From contig NIVC01002777.1 of assembly GCA_002269645.1 (NCBI GenBank), positions 77,259 to 141,258 on the forward strand: DNA of 64,000 nt. The letters are read 5' to 3'. Origin of the DNA: Macrostomum lignano (lineage: Eukaryota). The stretch's first letter is position 1; each line of letters begins with the position of its first letter. Below, one piece after another: positions 37,501 through 49,485 of the stretch. The notes beneath the pieces are model-generated. The model was not told the origin of the DNA, did not search any database, and saw nothing but the letters and a program-made list of their open reading frames with translations. The position numbers and the translations under genes were made by a program.

Positions 37501-40500
37501 AGCCCATTTGGGCTTACGCTCATTGAATTTAATCCAATACGTTTGCCAATATAATGGAGCTTTTGTCTATGGTAGCAAGGCTGGCACAGTGGCATTCAAT
37601 TTGGTCCAAACGCTCGTGAGCCAGTCGGCCAAGCTCTTGAATTCTCGCAACCATCTGTGGGCTGTTGTGTACCGCTGGAATGTCAGCGTCTCTACCGACA
37701 ATTTTTAGTCGCTCTTCCAGATCTCTGCTCATAGTCGAGATCTGATAACCAACTGGAACTGTTCCTTCAACTTTTGTTGCATTTCGGCAACGTCAACAAG
37801 GGTTCGACTCAACTGCATCGAGTAGCAGTTGGACTTGAGGCTCTTGAGCAACTTGCCTTGGCGATTGCTATCCTTTTGCAGGCGAGCTCTGTCGGCAGTG
37901 GTTTTAACGCGCTGATTGATGCTGTAAACCATCTTTTCTTTTACATTAAGCAACCTTGTAATGTCATTTGGGTGTTCAATCAGAAGCCAATGGCATTCGT
38001 TCGAGTTCGAGACAGTCTAGCATATGGTCCACAATTCTGGGGCTGATCTTGCTCCTCGGAAACAGTTGCTACGGACCAAATTGATGCTTGTTGTTGGACC
38101 AAATTAAATGATGCTGTGCCACCCATTTGCTACCATAGACAAAAGCTCACTTTGGCAAACGTATCTCGGATTAGATTCAATAATATGTGTAGGCCCAAAT
38201 GCGCTGCGAAGAGTTTCTTTGTAACCACTAGCAAAATATAATTAATCTCCTATTAGGCAAAATGCCAGCTATGTCACGACCTATTCGGTCGGAACCATCG
38301 GATTCGACAGGCGCTGGGCATTGGTGTGAAGTACAAACAGGCCGATATTATTAGCCTGCTACGTGCATGTCATCCGAATGTCTGCTTAGACTACAACACT
38401 GAGCCGGGCTGCAGCCGACCCAGCTGTCCCTACATCCACGTGTGCAACAACGCTCTACGCTCCGGCCTGCAGGCTAGCATGGACAAGGCTAATAAAAAGC
38501 AGACACAGATCACTTGCGCCTGTCTTAGGCAGCACAAACTGGAGCAGGACAGCGTGGCAAAGCTGCAGGCCTACGGGCTGGCTGACGAGAAGCTCAGTCT
38601 TGTGTTTCGCTCCTATCTGGTGCCGGCTGCGCTACCGAGACGCGCTAAGGTCGATCCGCCAGCTAAGCCAGCTAAATTCGATAAGGCCAAGGCTAAAGAG
38701 GCCACAGAATCCAAACAGAAGGCTGCTAAAGCTGAGGAGAAACCAACTGCTAAAAAAGCCGCCCCGAGCCTGCCGCCCCCGCTGCCGGACGTGTCGGCCC
38801 TCGGCCTCGGCCTTCGCCCCGCCTACGCCGCGCTGATTCGCCGCAGCGGCCGAGCCGCACCGTCGGAGCTGCTGGCCGACCTGAAACTGCCGAGCGACTT
38901 CCCGCTGGAGCAGTGGCGGGACAGCATCGACGAGTTGATGAAGCCGCTGCAGAGCATGATTGACATCTACAAGGATGCTGTGAGCGGACAGGCGGTCAGC
39001 GTGAATGTGTTTCGCCGCTTCCGCATCTGTCCGATGCACAACGGGGCACCGAGGTCCTGCCAGAATGCGGACTGCTGCCAGCTGCACCTGTGCCTGTGGT
39101 TTCTGGCCGACCCCGACGGCAAAGTGCATGATAAGGTGGGAGATGCGTTTGACTTGTGCAATTTGATTTGATCAATATCCCCTTCCTGCAATCAGTCTCA
39201 TCCCGCAATTGAGTCTGCAACATGAAATTAACTCAGCTCAGAATCCCACAGTTCAGAAACCCACAGCTCAGAATCCCACAGCTCAGAATCCCACAGTTCA
39301 GAATCCCACTGCTCAGAATCCCACTGCTCAGAATCCCATAGCTCAGAATCCCACAGCTCAGAATCCCACAGCTCAGAATCCCACATCTTACAGCCCCACT
39401 GCTCAGAATCCCACAGCTCACAGCCCCACTGCTCAGAATCCCACAGCTCAGAATCCCACATCTTACAGCCCCACTGCTCAGAATCCCACAGCTCACAGCC
39501 CCACTGCTCAGAATCCCACAGCTCAGAATCCCACAGCTCAGAATCCCACAGCTCAGAATCCCACAGCTCAGAATCCCACAGCTCAGAATCCCACAGCTCA
39601 GAATCTCACAGCTCAGAATCCCACAGCTCAGAATCCCACAGCTCAGAATCCCACAGTTCAGAATCCCACAGTTCAGAAACCCACAGCTCAGAATCCCATA
39701 GCTCAGAATCCCACAGTTCAGAATCCCACAGCTCAGAATCCCACAGCTCAGAATCCCACATCTTACAGCCCCACTGCTCAGAATCCCACAGCTCACAGCC
39801 CCACTGCTCAGAGTCCCACAGCTCAGAATCCCACAGCTCAGAATCCCACATCTTACAGCCCCACTGCTCAGAATCCCACAGCTCACAGCCCCACTGCTCA
39901 GAGTCCCACAGCTCAGAATCCCACAGCTCAGTATCCCACAGCTCAGAATCCCACTGCTCAGAATCCCACTGCTCAGAATCCCACAGTTCAGAATCCCACA
40001 GTTCAGAAACCCACAGCTCAGAATCCCATAGCTCAGAATCCCACAGCTCAGAATCCCACAGCTCAGAATCCCACATCTTACAGCCCCACTGCTCAGAATC
40101 CCACAGCTCAGAATCCCACAGTTCAGAATCCCACAGCTCAGAATCCCACAGCTCAGAATCCCACAGTTGAGAATCTTACAGCTCAGAATCCCACAGCTCA
40201 GAATCCCACAGCTCAAAGTCCCTCATTAAAAATGCCCCAATGCCCTTCCGCATTCCTCAGGCGGACTGCAGGCTCTGCCACGACCTCAGCGGCCGCAACC
40301 ACCGAATTCGCAGCGCCTTGGGCATCGCAGACGGCCTGAAACAGCGGGAGGTGCTCAACCTGCTGCTAGCCAGCCACCCGAAGGTGTGCTCAGCCTACAA
40401 CTCAGAATCCGGCTGTCAACAAACTGACTGTGCCGACATTCACCTGTGCAACAACGTCAAGTTCAAGCAGTGCGGCAAGTGCCGCTGCCGCAGGCAGCAC

Positions 40501-41808
40501 GTGCTGAGCATGGATGAGCAGACCAAGATGAAGCTGAACCCCTTCGACATGGACAAGATGGAGCCTGGTCACGTGCTCAGGTCTTTCTTGATTCCCGCCC
40601 CGCTGCCCAACACCAACCCAAACGAAAAACCCGAGCCTCCAGCCGTGGCCTCTCAGCAAGAGTTATCGAAACCAAAGGATTTGGCCCCTTCCGAGCAGGC
40701 CAAGGGCAAAAAGGCCAAGCCAGAAGTGCCCAGCCTATTAAATATTAATGCCGCTCAAGGCGTCGGCTTAAAGCCGCAACTGCAGGAGCAGCAGCATCAG
40801 AAAAAGAAAAAGCAGAAGACTCCTTCTGTTGCTTCCGATTTATCCAGTGAACCTGACACTGCTGGGCTAAAAAAACAACAACAGCGGCAGCAGAAGGCTG
40901 ACTTGCAAAGCAAGCGCCAAAGCAAGCTGTCCGCAGGCAGTGTGCCAAACATTGCAAAGTTGAAACTCGGCAGCAGCCCAAAAGCTCAGCAAAAGCCGCC
41001 CGTTGCCTCAGCCGCCGCCAATCCAAAGGCGCCTCGTGCCGCTCCTAGCGAGGAAACCCTGTGCGAGGAGTTCCTCCGGCACGAATGCTTCTCCCAGAAT
41101 TGTCCTCGGCGGCACTGCCCTCACAAGGTCCCTTATCTGTGGCAGTGGCGGGCCGCCCACTGGCCGCCGGGCCGCTGGCAGGACGTGGACGCCGCGCTGA
41201 ACGAGCAGCTGGAGGCGGCCTTCTGCCAGCCCGACCGCTCCGACTTAGTGACGGTCGGCAGCGGCGAGCTCGGCTCCGAGTTCCCCGGTCAGCTGACGCT
41301 GTCGTTCGTTGCCGGTTCGGCCGATAGATTCGAGATTCGGTCGGTCTCGGGACACCTGAAGCCTCCCGGCGGCCTCCGCTGCCTCCGCACGGAGAGCCGC
41401 GCCAGCCTCCACCGGCCCCTGGCCACCAACTGGCGCTGGTTCTTCCTTGGCAGCCACGGCGCCTGGAGCTCCGTTGAGATTCTTCCAGAGCCCGGCCTCA
41501 ACGAAAAGCTCGAGGAAGCGTTTTGCCGCGGCGACTCCAGCTTGACTGTCGGGCAGTGCGGCTGCAAGCTCGACTCAATGCTCATCTCCATGCCCGGAGC
41601 TCCGCAGGAGATGCCGCTACGTCGCAGGCCGGCGCCACGGATGCAACCGGTGACCCATCCGCTCATGTCGGTGCAACAACCGGGTCTGTTCTATCCAGGC
41701 CAGAACCCTGTCATGGGCATCGGCCAGCCGTCCATGTATCCCACTATGCCAACCTACGGCTACTCGATGGGTCAGATGAGTGGCCAGCAGGGCCCGGTGC
41801 ATAGGTGA
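34561..41808 (+). CDS. ZAP (ZC3HAV1)/PARP12-like protein, copy B: three HTH+4xCCCH modules + ZnF5-WWE-WWE, no PARP domain seen
   Basis: Exons 34561-34971, 36176-36943, 38257-39135, 40261-41803/41808 (phase-0 GT-AG joins NKE|LLAR, HDK|AKC, HDK|ADC). Domains are near-identical to copy A. The 5' start and a possible extra 3' exon (41955-41990) are uncertain. Confidence 0.87.
34972..36170. repeat. compound minisatellite intron (~23-bp family, then 49-bp family)
   Basis: Inverted counterpart of 13575-14665. Confidence 0.95.
37124..37359. mobile_element. small MITE-like element
   Basis: ~23-bp TIRs CCCCGTCGGGAAATAATTGTCCC / GGGACAATTATTTCCCACCGGGG; no TSD evident. Confidence 0.6.
39236..40215. 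repeat. 15-bp minisatellite in intron of ZAP-like copy B
   Basis: About 65 units of CAGAATCCCACAGCT; produces the spurious NPTAQ ORF. Confidence 0.95.
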
Positions 41809-42369
41809 GCTCGTTTCCATGGAGTTAAACATCCAGTAGCTTGTGCTATTTTTTTTGTCGATATACTTTACCTTTAGGCTACATGCTATTTTCATATGAT
41901 TCTTCATTTAACAATGGAAACCATTGAGTTTTGCATTGTTTCCGCTATGTACAGAGCCGACCTACATGGAGTGCCACTATACCAATTCAGGTATTTCAGC
42001 AGGCACATTAACTTCATTTCTTATTTAGAGGTTTTTTGGATCCTTTTTTCCTTCATTCAATTTTGTGACTGAAACTGGGCATATGCGCCCCCCGTTGGGG
42101 AGGAAACAAACAAATTGAATAATCTGCATGTAGATTTTCAACTTGCAGTCACTTTTACTTTATTGAGGAAAATGGTGTTTAAAGTAAAAAAGCATCCCCA
42201 CCCTGACAGCCAGCTGTCTAGCCTAAGATATCAGCATCCCCTATGAGCTTTGGCTCAGACTCTCTGAGCAACTCCTCACAGCCACAGCATTTCAGAAATT
42301 ATCTCATGATGCGTCACATCTTAGCAATTCCCTCCATAAGCCACTGTCTTTCAGCAATACCACCCATGA

Positions 42370-43160
42370 GTCTTGAAAACTCGCCAATTCCCCCATGAGC
42401 CTTGACAACTCGCCAATTCCTCCATGAGCATTGACAACTCAGCCATTCCCCCCATGAGCCTTGACAACTCAGCTTCCCCCCCCCTCATGAGCCTTGACAA
42501 CTCAGCCATTCCCCCATGAGCATTGACAACTCAGCCATTCCCCCATGAGCCTTGACAACTCAGCCATTCCCCCATGAGCCTTGACAACTCAGCCATTCCC
42601 CCCATGAGCCTTGACAACTCAGCTTCCCCCCCCCCCCCAAGAGCCTTGACAACTCAGCCATTCCCCCATGAGCCTTGACAACTCAGCCATTCCCCCCATG
42701 AGCCTTGACAACTCAGCCATTCCCCATGAGCCTTGACAACTCAGCTTCCCCCCCCCATGAGCATTGACAACTCAGCCATTCCCCCCATGAGCCTTGACAA
42801 CTCAGCCATTCCCCCATGAGCCTTGACAACTCAGCTTCCCCCCCCCATGAGCATTGACAACTCAGCCATTCCCCCCATGAGCCTTGACAACTCAGCTTCC
42901 CCCCCCCCAAGAGCCTTGACAACTCAGCCATTCCCCCAAGAGCCTTGACAACTCAGCCATTTCCCCATGAGCCTTGACAGCTCAGCCATTCCCCCCAAGA
43001 GCCTTGACAACTCAGCCATTTCCCCATGAGCCTTGACAGCTCAGCCATTCCCCCCATGAGCCTTGATAAATCAGCCATTCCCCCATGAGCCTTGATAAAT
43101 CAGCCATTCCCCCCATGAGCCTTGATAAATCAGCCATTCCCCCATGAGCCTTGACATCTT
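42370..43160. repeat. ~29-bp minisatellite
   Basis: CCATGAGCCTTGACAACTCAGCCATTCC(C)n units; degenerate relatives at ~9390-9700 and (inverted) ~59800-60020. Confidence 0.93.
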
Positions 43161-43960
43161 AGTGATTCCCCCACGAGTCTTCTATGATTGACAGGACAAT
43201 TCTTTTTGGCTGAACCCTACCTTGACCTCATGAGCCACAGCAATTCAGCACTTTACCCCGTGTGCCTTTTTCTTTTTTTCTAGTATCTCACCAATTTTTT
43301 TAACATTAGTTTTTTATTAAAAACTATGTGACAATATTGAAATTCAATCATTTCAGACCTGGCGGACTTTAAATTGCGCAACGGACTGAATGATCTGAAG
43401 TGATAATTAATACACACTGCCTATATTGACTCTATTTACACATGGGTTGATATGGTGGATTTTATTACTTTTACACACAATCGCAAATTAACTTAGCAAT
43501 TCCATACAGCGTTTTTGTCTAGTTTATTTATCGTCATAGATTATACCATTATACAAGTAATGGTGTTCGCTTCCCCACTGGATATTTTCTGCAGCTACTA
43601 GTCTATCTCAAATACTTAAAAAATTAAGCGCTCATACTGATACTATAATAGCGTATAATACATGACTAGATTCTTCAAATAAAAATGCCAATGAAAATTA
43701 AAAAAAGATGGCTAAATTCGTCATTGTTGTTTTCGAACTTCTATTGTTAAAAACTCTGTAGAGTTTTGTACTCGTAAAATTCCATATTGAAGCCGATAGG
43801 ATTGCGTGTGTATTTGAAGGATTGATGGGATTGATTAGCAACAATTTAGAAGCTTGAGCAGATTAAAATGTTCAGAAATAATCGACACTTATTTACTGTT
43901 GTTAAGATTTAGAACAACTAGTAGGCAGTCAGTTGTAGAGCTTGGAGTACTTGAATGCCG

Positions 43961-46900
43961 TCACATGTACTGTTCGTCATCTTCATTGCCGTAGATGTAC
44001 TGAAACATGACCAGCTTTTCCAGCACTTCTTTATATGCTTCTTTCTCCTCTCGGCTGAGGAATTCTCCTTCGGGGTCGATCTCATCTCGTAGGATATAGC
44101 CGTCTGAAATGTTTTTCAATTTTATCTGAATCAATAAAGCTAAAATACTACCAACTTTTCGACTACCTTTCAGGATCTCTCACTTGTCAGTGTTGACCAC
44201 AGATGTTCCATGACCCGTTGGCCCTACGCACAGCAAACTCACACTTGTCAGTGTTGAGCACAGATGTTCCATGAGCCATTGACCCTACACACAGCAGACT
44301 CACACTTGTCAGTGTTGAGCACATATTTTCCATGAGCCATTGACCCTACACACAGCAGACTCACTTGTCAGTGTTGAACACAGCTGCTCCATGAGCCACA
44401 CACAGCAGACTCACACTTGTCAGTGTTGAACACAGCTGCTCCATGACCCACACACAGCAGACTCACACTTGTCAGTGTTGAGCCCAGCTGCTCCATGACC
44501 CATACACAGCAGACTCACACTTGTCAGTGTTGAGCACAGCTGCTCCATGACCCAAACACAGCAGACTCACACTTGTCAGTGTTGAGCACAGCTGCTCCAT
44601 GAGCCACACACAGCAGACTCACACTTGTCAGTGTTGAGCACAGCTGCTCCATGACCCACACACAGCAGACTCACACTTGTCAGTGCTGAGCACAGCTGCT
44701 CCATGACCCACACACAGCAGACTCGCACTTGTCAGTGCTGAGCACAGCTGCTCCATGACCCACACACAGCCAGTGCTGAGCACAGCTGCTCCATGACCCA
44801 CACACAGCAGACTCACACTTGTCAGTGTTGAGCACAGCTGCTCCATGACCCACACACAGCAGACTCACACTTGTCACTGTTGAGCACAGCTGCTCCATGA
44901 CCCACACACAGCAGACTCACACTTGTCACTGTTGAGCACAGCTGTTCCATGAGCCATTGACCCTACACACAGCAGACTCACACTTGTCAGTGCCGGGCAG
45001 CCTGCCCAGAGCTCTGTTGCACTCTCCATCGTCGCCAAAGTACTCCTTCCAGATCTCCACCTTCTCCCCGGCAGGCGGATCCAGCCAGACTGACCGGGAC
45101 TTGCCGTCGACCGTGTAGCGCTTATTCTTGCCGTTTTCTATTATCAAAGCTTTTTGCTTCTTAACAGCCGGTGTATTAACAGCATTTGAGGTGTAGACTG
45201 TGGCGATGAGACGGGTGCTCGGCATTATCTGCGATGGACAATAATCAATTTTGTCTAATTCCTTTCCTAACAACAAAGATAACAGGGCACACTGTCACAA
45301 AAGGTCTTGAAGGCGCCTCAAAACTTAAGAGATAGAATCCTTAAGCTAAAGGATGCCTGCAGCGTCAGCAGCAGCAGCACATCCTGTACGGGTTGTAGGT
45401 AGAAAGCCTCAGCGCGGATGATGTGGCCTATCAGATGTCGCTGACGTTTTATTAAAGGGGTCGGCAAACTCCGGACTGCGAACCACATGGCGGCTCGCAA
45501 AGCTTCTCTATCCGGCCTTCGAGTTTTATAACTTCACAATAGCAATTCTTCTCATTTTTATTCCCTCAAACCAATCTTCCTAATCCTAACAAAATCTGTC
45601 TATTTACTTCGCTATACTTTTCTTTGATTCGCCATAGCTACTTATTAGTAGAGCGTCTTGCATTTTAACAGTTCTTTGCATACTGACTGGTTCTCTCGCA
45701 TAGAATCCTTAGCTGTTGCTTTAATAATTTAATTCAAATATAGACCAGGCTTTTAACACATTAATCGCAAGGAAAATTGCTATGCACGTCAATTTGGTAA
45801 GCAAAGCTACACATTGCAAACATCGTTAAACTGTAAAGCGTAGCAGATTAGAGAGCTTGGAAAGCAGTAAACCGCTGCCAATTTGCGTAAATTTGTGCAA
45901 CCCAGTGAGGCTTATGATTGAAAAAATTCGACCGTAAATTTTCTTACACTGGCTCCGTTGGTAGCCAACTGGCCCAGTACCACTTCCTGTTTAGATGCTG
46001 AATCTTAAACTATCTATCCTATACTGTAATGTAAAGGCCATGTCACTGGCTTTTCCTTTCAATGCATATTGCTTCTTTTGGAGAAGCTTGAATGCGATAG
46101 AATTGAGGCCGTTGCAAAAGCTTTGTTTATTAACTAAATAAGAGAATTTACATGAAGTTCTTGACAAGAGAGGTGCGGTCATTTAAAAACCATCATCTCT
46201 AAGATTTGGCAAAGAAAATTGACTCACTTCGAAAAGAGATTTCACTTTTTCTGGCACGTCGTGCGGAAAATTCGATGTGCTTAGCAACTGATCAGTGCTT
46301 CCCTTCGATTTGTCCTTCTTCCGGTTGAGAAATGAGAGCGGTTTTCTGCAATTTCACATGGTGAATTCAGCGACCACAAGTGCACTTCATATAGTGATTG
46401 CATCAAGTTGAAAAAACGCGCACGCTTCTAGACTTATAACAAACCTTAATACGAGCTACGTGTACATGTAGATAAATCGAAAAATATGATCATACTCTGA
46501 TAGTAATTTAATCTTTCCTGTTGATTGCATGCATGGCCTTCCGTGAAAGACCTGCGAAAAAGCTCTTGTGCTCGTAAGCGACTTTGACTAAATTGAATGA
46601 ATTAAAATCATCTTAATTAGATTTCGAAGTGAACCCTGTAGATTGCTGCATGAATATCTGTAGATTGCTACATGTATATAAATATTTGTAGATTGTTCAA
46701 GGAATATCTGCAGATTGCCGTAGGAATACATGTATCTGTAGATTGTTTAGGAATATCTGTAGTCTGCTGTATATCTGTAGATTGCTGTTAGGAATATCTG
46801 TAGATTGCTGTTAGGAATATCTGTATATTGCTGTTAGGAATATCTGTAGATTGCTGTTAGGATTATCTGTTGATGCTGTTAGGAGTATCTATATATTGCT

Positions 46901-49485
46901 GTTAGGAGTATCTGTATATTGCTGTAGGAATATCTGTAGATTGTTGTTAGGAATATCTGTAGATTGTTGTTGGGATCATGTCTGTAGATTGCTATTAGGA
47001 ATATCTGTAGATTACTGTAGGAATATCTGTAGATTGTTGTTGGGATCATGTCTGTAGATTGCTATTAGGAATATCTGTAGATTACTGTAGGAGTATCTGT
47101 AGATTGTTGTTGGGATCATGTCTGTAGATTGCTATTAGGAATATCTGTAGATTACTGTAGGAATATCTGCAGATTACTGTAGGAATATCTGTAGATTGTT
47201 GGGGGGATTTATTAGTTTCTGCGTGGATTTTTTAGATTTCTGGCTCTTTATTAGGCAGCTGTATCTCTTCGGCACTTCACTCACTTGCTGATGGGTGGCT
47301 TCGGCTTCTCGCTGACTGGTGGCGGCGCGTCGTCCACAGTCGCCTCGCCTCCAGTTTCGCTGTCAACGGTGTTCGAAGCTGATGCTGCGGCGGCGGCGGA
47401 TGCTGCTGCTGCTGCAATTTCTGCAGCTGCCCTCGCCTTGCCCTCGTCGTGCGTTGGCACGCTGACTTCGCTGTCGGAGCTGCTGCTGCGGCGCGAGCCG
47501 TCGCCTCCATCCAGTCCAATTTCAACCGGCTGCTGCTGATCGCTGGGGGGGGGGGGGTTGGGTGCAATTTTAAAGCCTAAATTTGATGACGTTCTCCACC
47601 ATCAAACAAAACTAAAGCACGAGTAGTGAGTAGTGAGAGATCTCATAGCACGATTTCATAAAGATCTGTGCAGACTTCCAACTTACATCACTCCTCTGAA
47701 ACCTGTTTTAGTCTGCTAAACTATCCTTTTCACACCAGTCTGTCTTCGAATTCCATCGTCGAGCTGCTCCCTTACTACCAGTATTTTGATTTTCGTTATT
47801 TCTTGGACCGCGGAATCCCATACTGATTCCGCGGCATTTCCGCCCCTAGCCGCTCCCTACTATTCTGATTCCGCCCCTAGCCGCTCCCTACTATCCTGAT
47901 TCCGCCCCCTAGTCACTGCCTACTATCCTGATTCCGCCCCCTAGCCGCTCCCTACTATCCTGATTCCGCCCCTTATAGCCACTCTCTCCCACCCAGATTC
48001 TTCCTCTAGCGGCTCCCTACCATCCTGATTCCACTCTTAGCCGCTTCCTACCATCCTGATTCCTCCCCTAGCCGCTCCCTACCATCCTGATTCCACCCCT
48101 AGCCGCTTCCTACCATCCTGATTCCTCCCCTAGCCGCTCGATCCCTACCATCCTGATTCCTCCCCTAGCCGCTCCCTAGCATCCTGATTCCTCCCCTAGC
48201 CGCTCCCTAGCATCCCGATTCCGCCCCCTAGCCGCTCCCTACTATCTTGATTCCGCCCTAGCCGCTCCCTAGCATCCTGATTCCGCCCCTTATAGCCACT
48301 CTTTCACACCCTGATTCCTCCCCTAGCAGCTCCCTAGCATCCTGATTCCACCCCTAGCCGCTCCCTACCATCCTGATTCCTCCCCTAGCCGCTCGATCCC
48401 TACCATCCTGATTCCTCCCCTAGCCGCTTCCTACCATCCTGATTCCACCCCTAGCCGCTCCCTACTATTCTGATTCCGCCCCCTAGCCGCTCCCTACTAT
48501 CCTGAATCCGCCCCTAGCCGCTCCCTACCATCCTGATTCCACCCCTAGCCGCTCCCTACCATCCTGAATCCGCCCCTAGCCGCTCCCTACCATCCTGAAT
48601 ACGCCCCTAGCCGCTCCCTACCATCCTGATCACGTACAATTCTCTTGGCACTCTCTCCCATCCTGAAATCCGGCACTCACGGCGGATGCAGCTGCCGATT
48701 CGAGGTTGTCAGTTTCCCGCCTCCGGCTGATCCGTCGGCGCTCGAACCCGAGACCGTCCTCCCCCCGCGGGTTGCGCCGGCCGCCTTCTTGTCAGATGAA
48801 TCGCGCTTGGGCGACTTTTTTCTTTTAATGATTTTGTAGAGCCTGAAAAGAAAGACAAAAGCTTTTTATGCAGTCATGCAGCTCAATGTCAGAATTATTA
48901 CTCATTCAATTATTGTATTGGTTTTCAATATTTTACTGTTTTTTTTATTGCACAATAATGGAGTTAATTTAATTGATCCCTCGCGATGAGCATGCAATTA
49001 ACTTAAAATAACTTCCGTACATTGACTCCTGAAAGGGTGAAAGATAATTTAATGCGTAACGTAATCAATTATGAGCTTTTGCATAAGTACATCTGTGCAT
49101 TCTGATAAGCATTGAAATCACTGTACATGTATCTGTGCAGTGGAGCTGCTTCTGGGTTCCAGCTCACCTTCTTCTTAATTTTCTTATCACTGACAGGCTG
49201 CTGCTCAGCACTATGGCTGTCCCCATCCGCTGTCGTGACGTTGACCTCCACCTCCGCCTGCTTGACCACCGGTTTCAGCTCCAGGCCGCTGATCTTGACG
49301 CTGATCGTTCGGATTTGCACCGTTTCGTTGTTGATGACGAGGCACAAGCCGGGCAGATTGGCGCAGCCGTCTGCTTGCTTTGGCGAGTCAGTCGATTCTT
49401 CCAGCGTCTGGAGTTTCGAGTCCAGCGAACAGCGCGACTCGACCTCCTGATCCACTTCTTTGTCGCGGCCGAGCGTGGCTGACAT
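43961..49485 (-). CDS. uncharacterised 417-aa protein, paralog 1 (disordered N-terminal half + globular C-terminal domain), 7 exons
   Basis: Exons 49485-49168, 49028-49021, 48842-48681, 47542-47285, 46345-46228, 45228-44982, 44103-43961 sum to 1254 nt (418 codons), all GT-AG and phase-consistent; the same exon pattern occurs in the paralog at 58883. Confidence 0.75.
44180..44981. repeat. 52-bp minisatellite in last intron of paralog 1
   Basis: Reverse complement of the unit at 61164-62430. Confidence 0.95.
46640..47200. repeat. 22-23-bp intronic minisatellite
   Basis: GTAGATTGCTGTTAGGAATATCT units. Confidence 0.9.
47845..48630. repeat. ~31-bp intronic minisatellite
   Basis: CCCTAGCCGCTCCCTACCATCCTGATTCCTC units. 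Confidence 0.93.

Noticed and set aside
39209-40339. 376-aa NPTAQ-repeat ORF and its antisense ORFs
   Set aside because: The 15-bp minisatellite is open by periodicity and lies between a clear donor (39136) and acceptor (40260) whose splicing completes a zinc finger.
41809-43960. Search for PARP catalytic exons after the WWE domains (also 6600-10280 for copy A)
   Set aside because: Only repeats and AT-rich sequence seen; no H-G / Y-F-A / E motifs. Very small exons could have been missed.
45100-45228. SH3BGR/thioredoxin-like resemblance of LIATVYTSNAVNTPAVKKQK
   Set aside because: Similarity is limited to ~20 residues and the rest does not fit; left unassigned.
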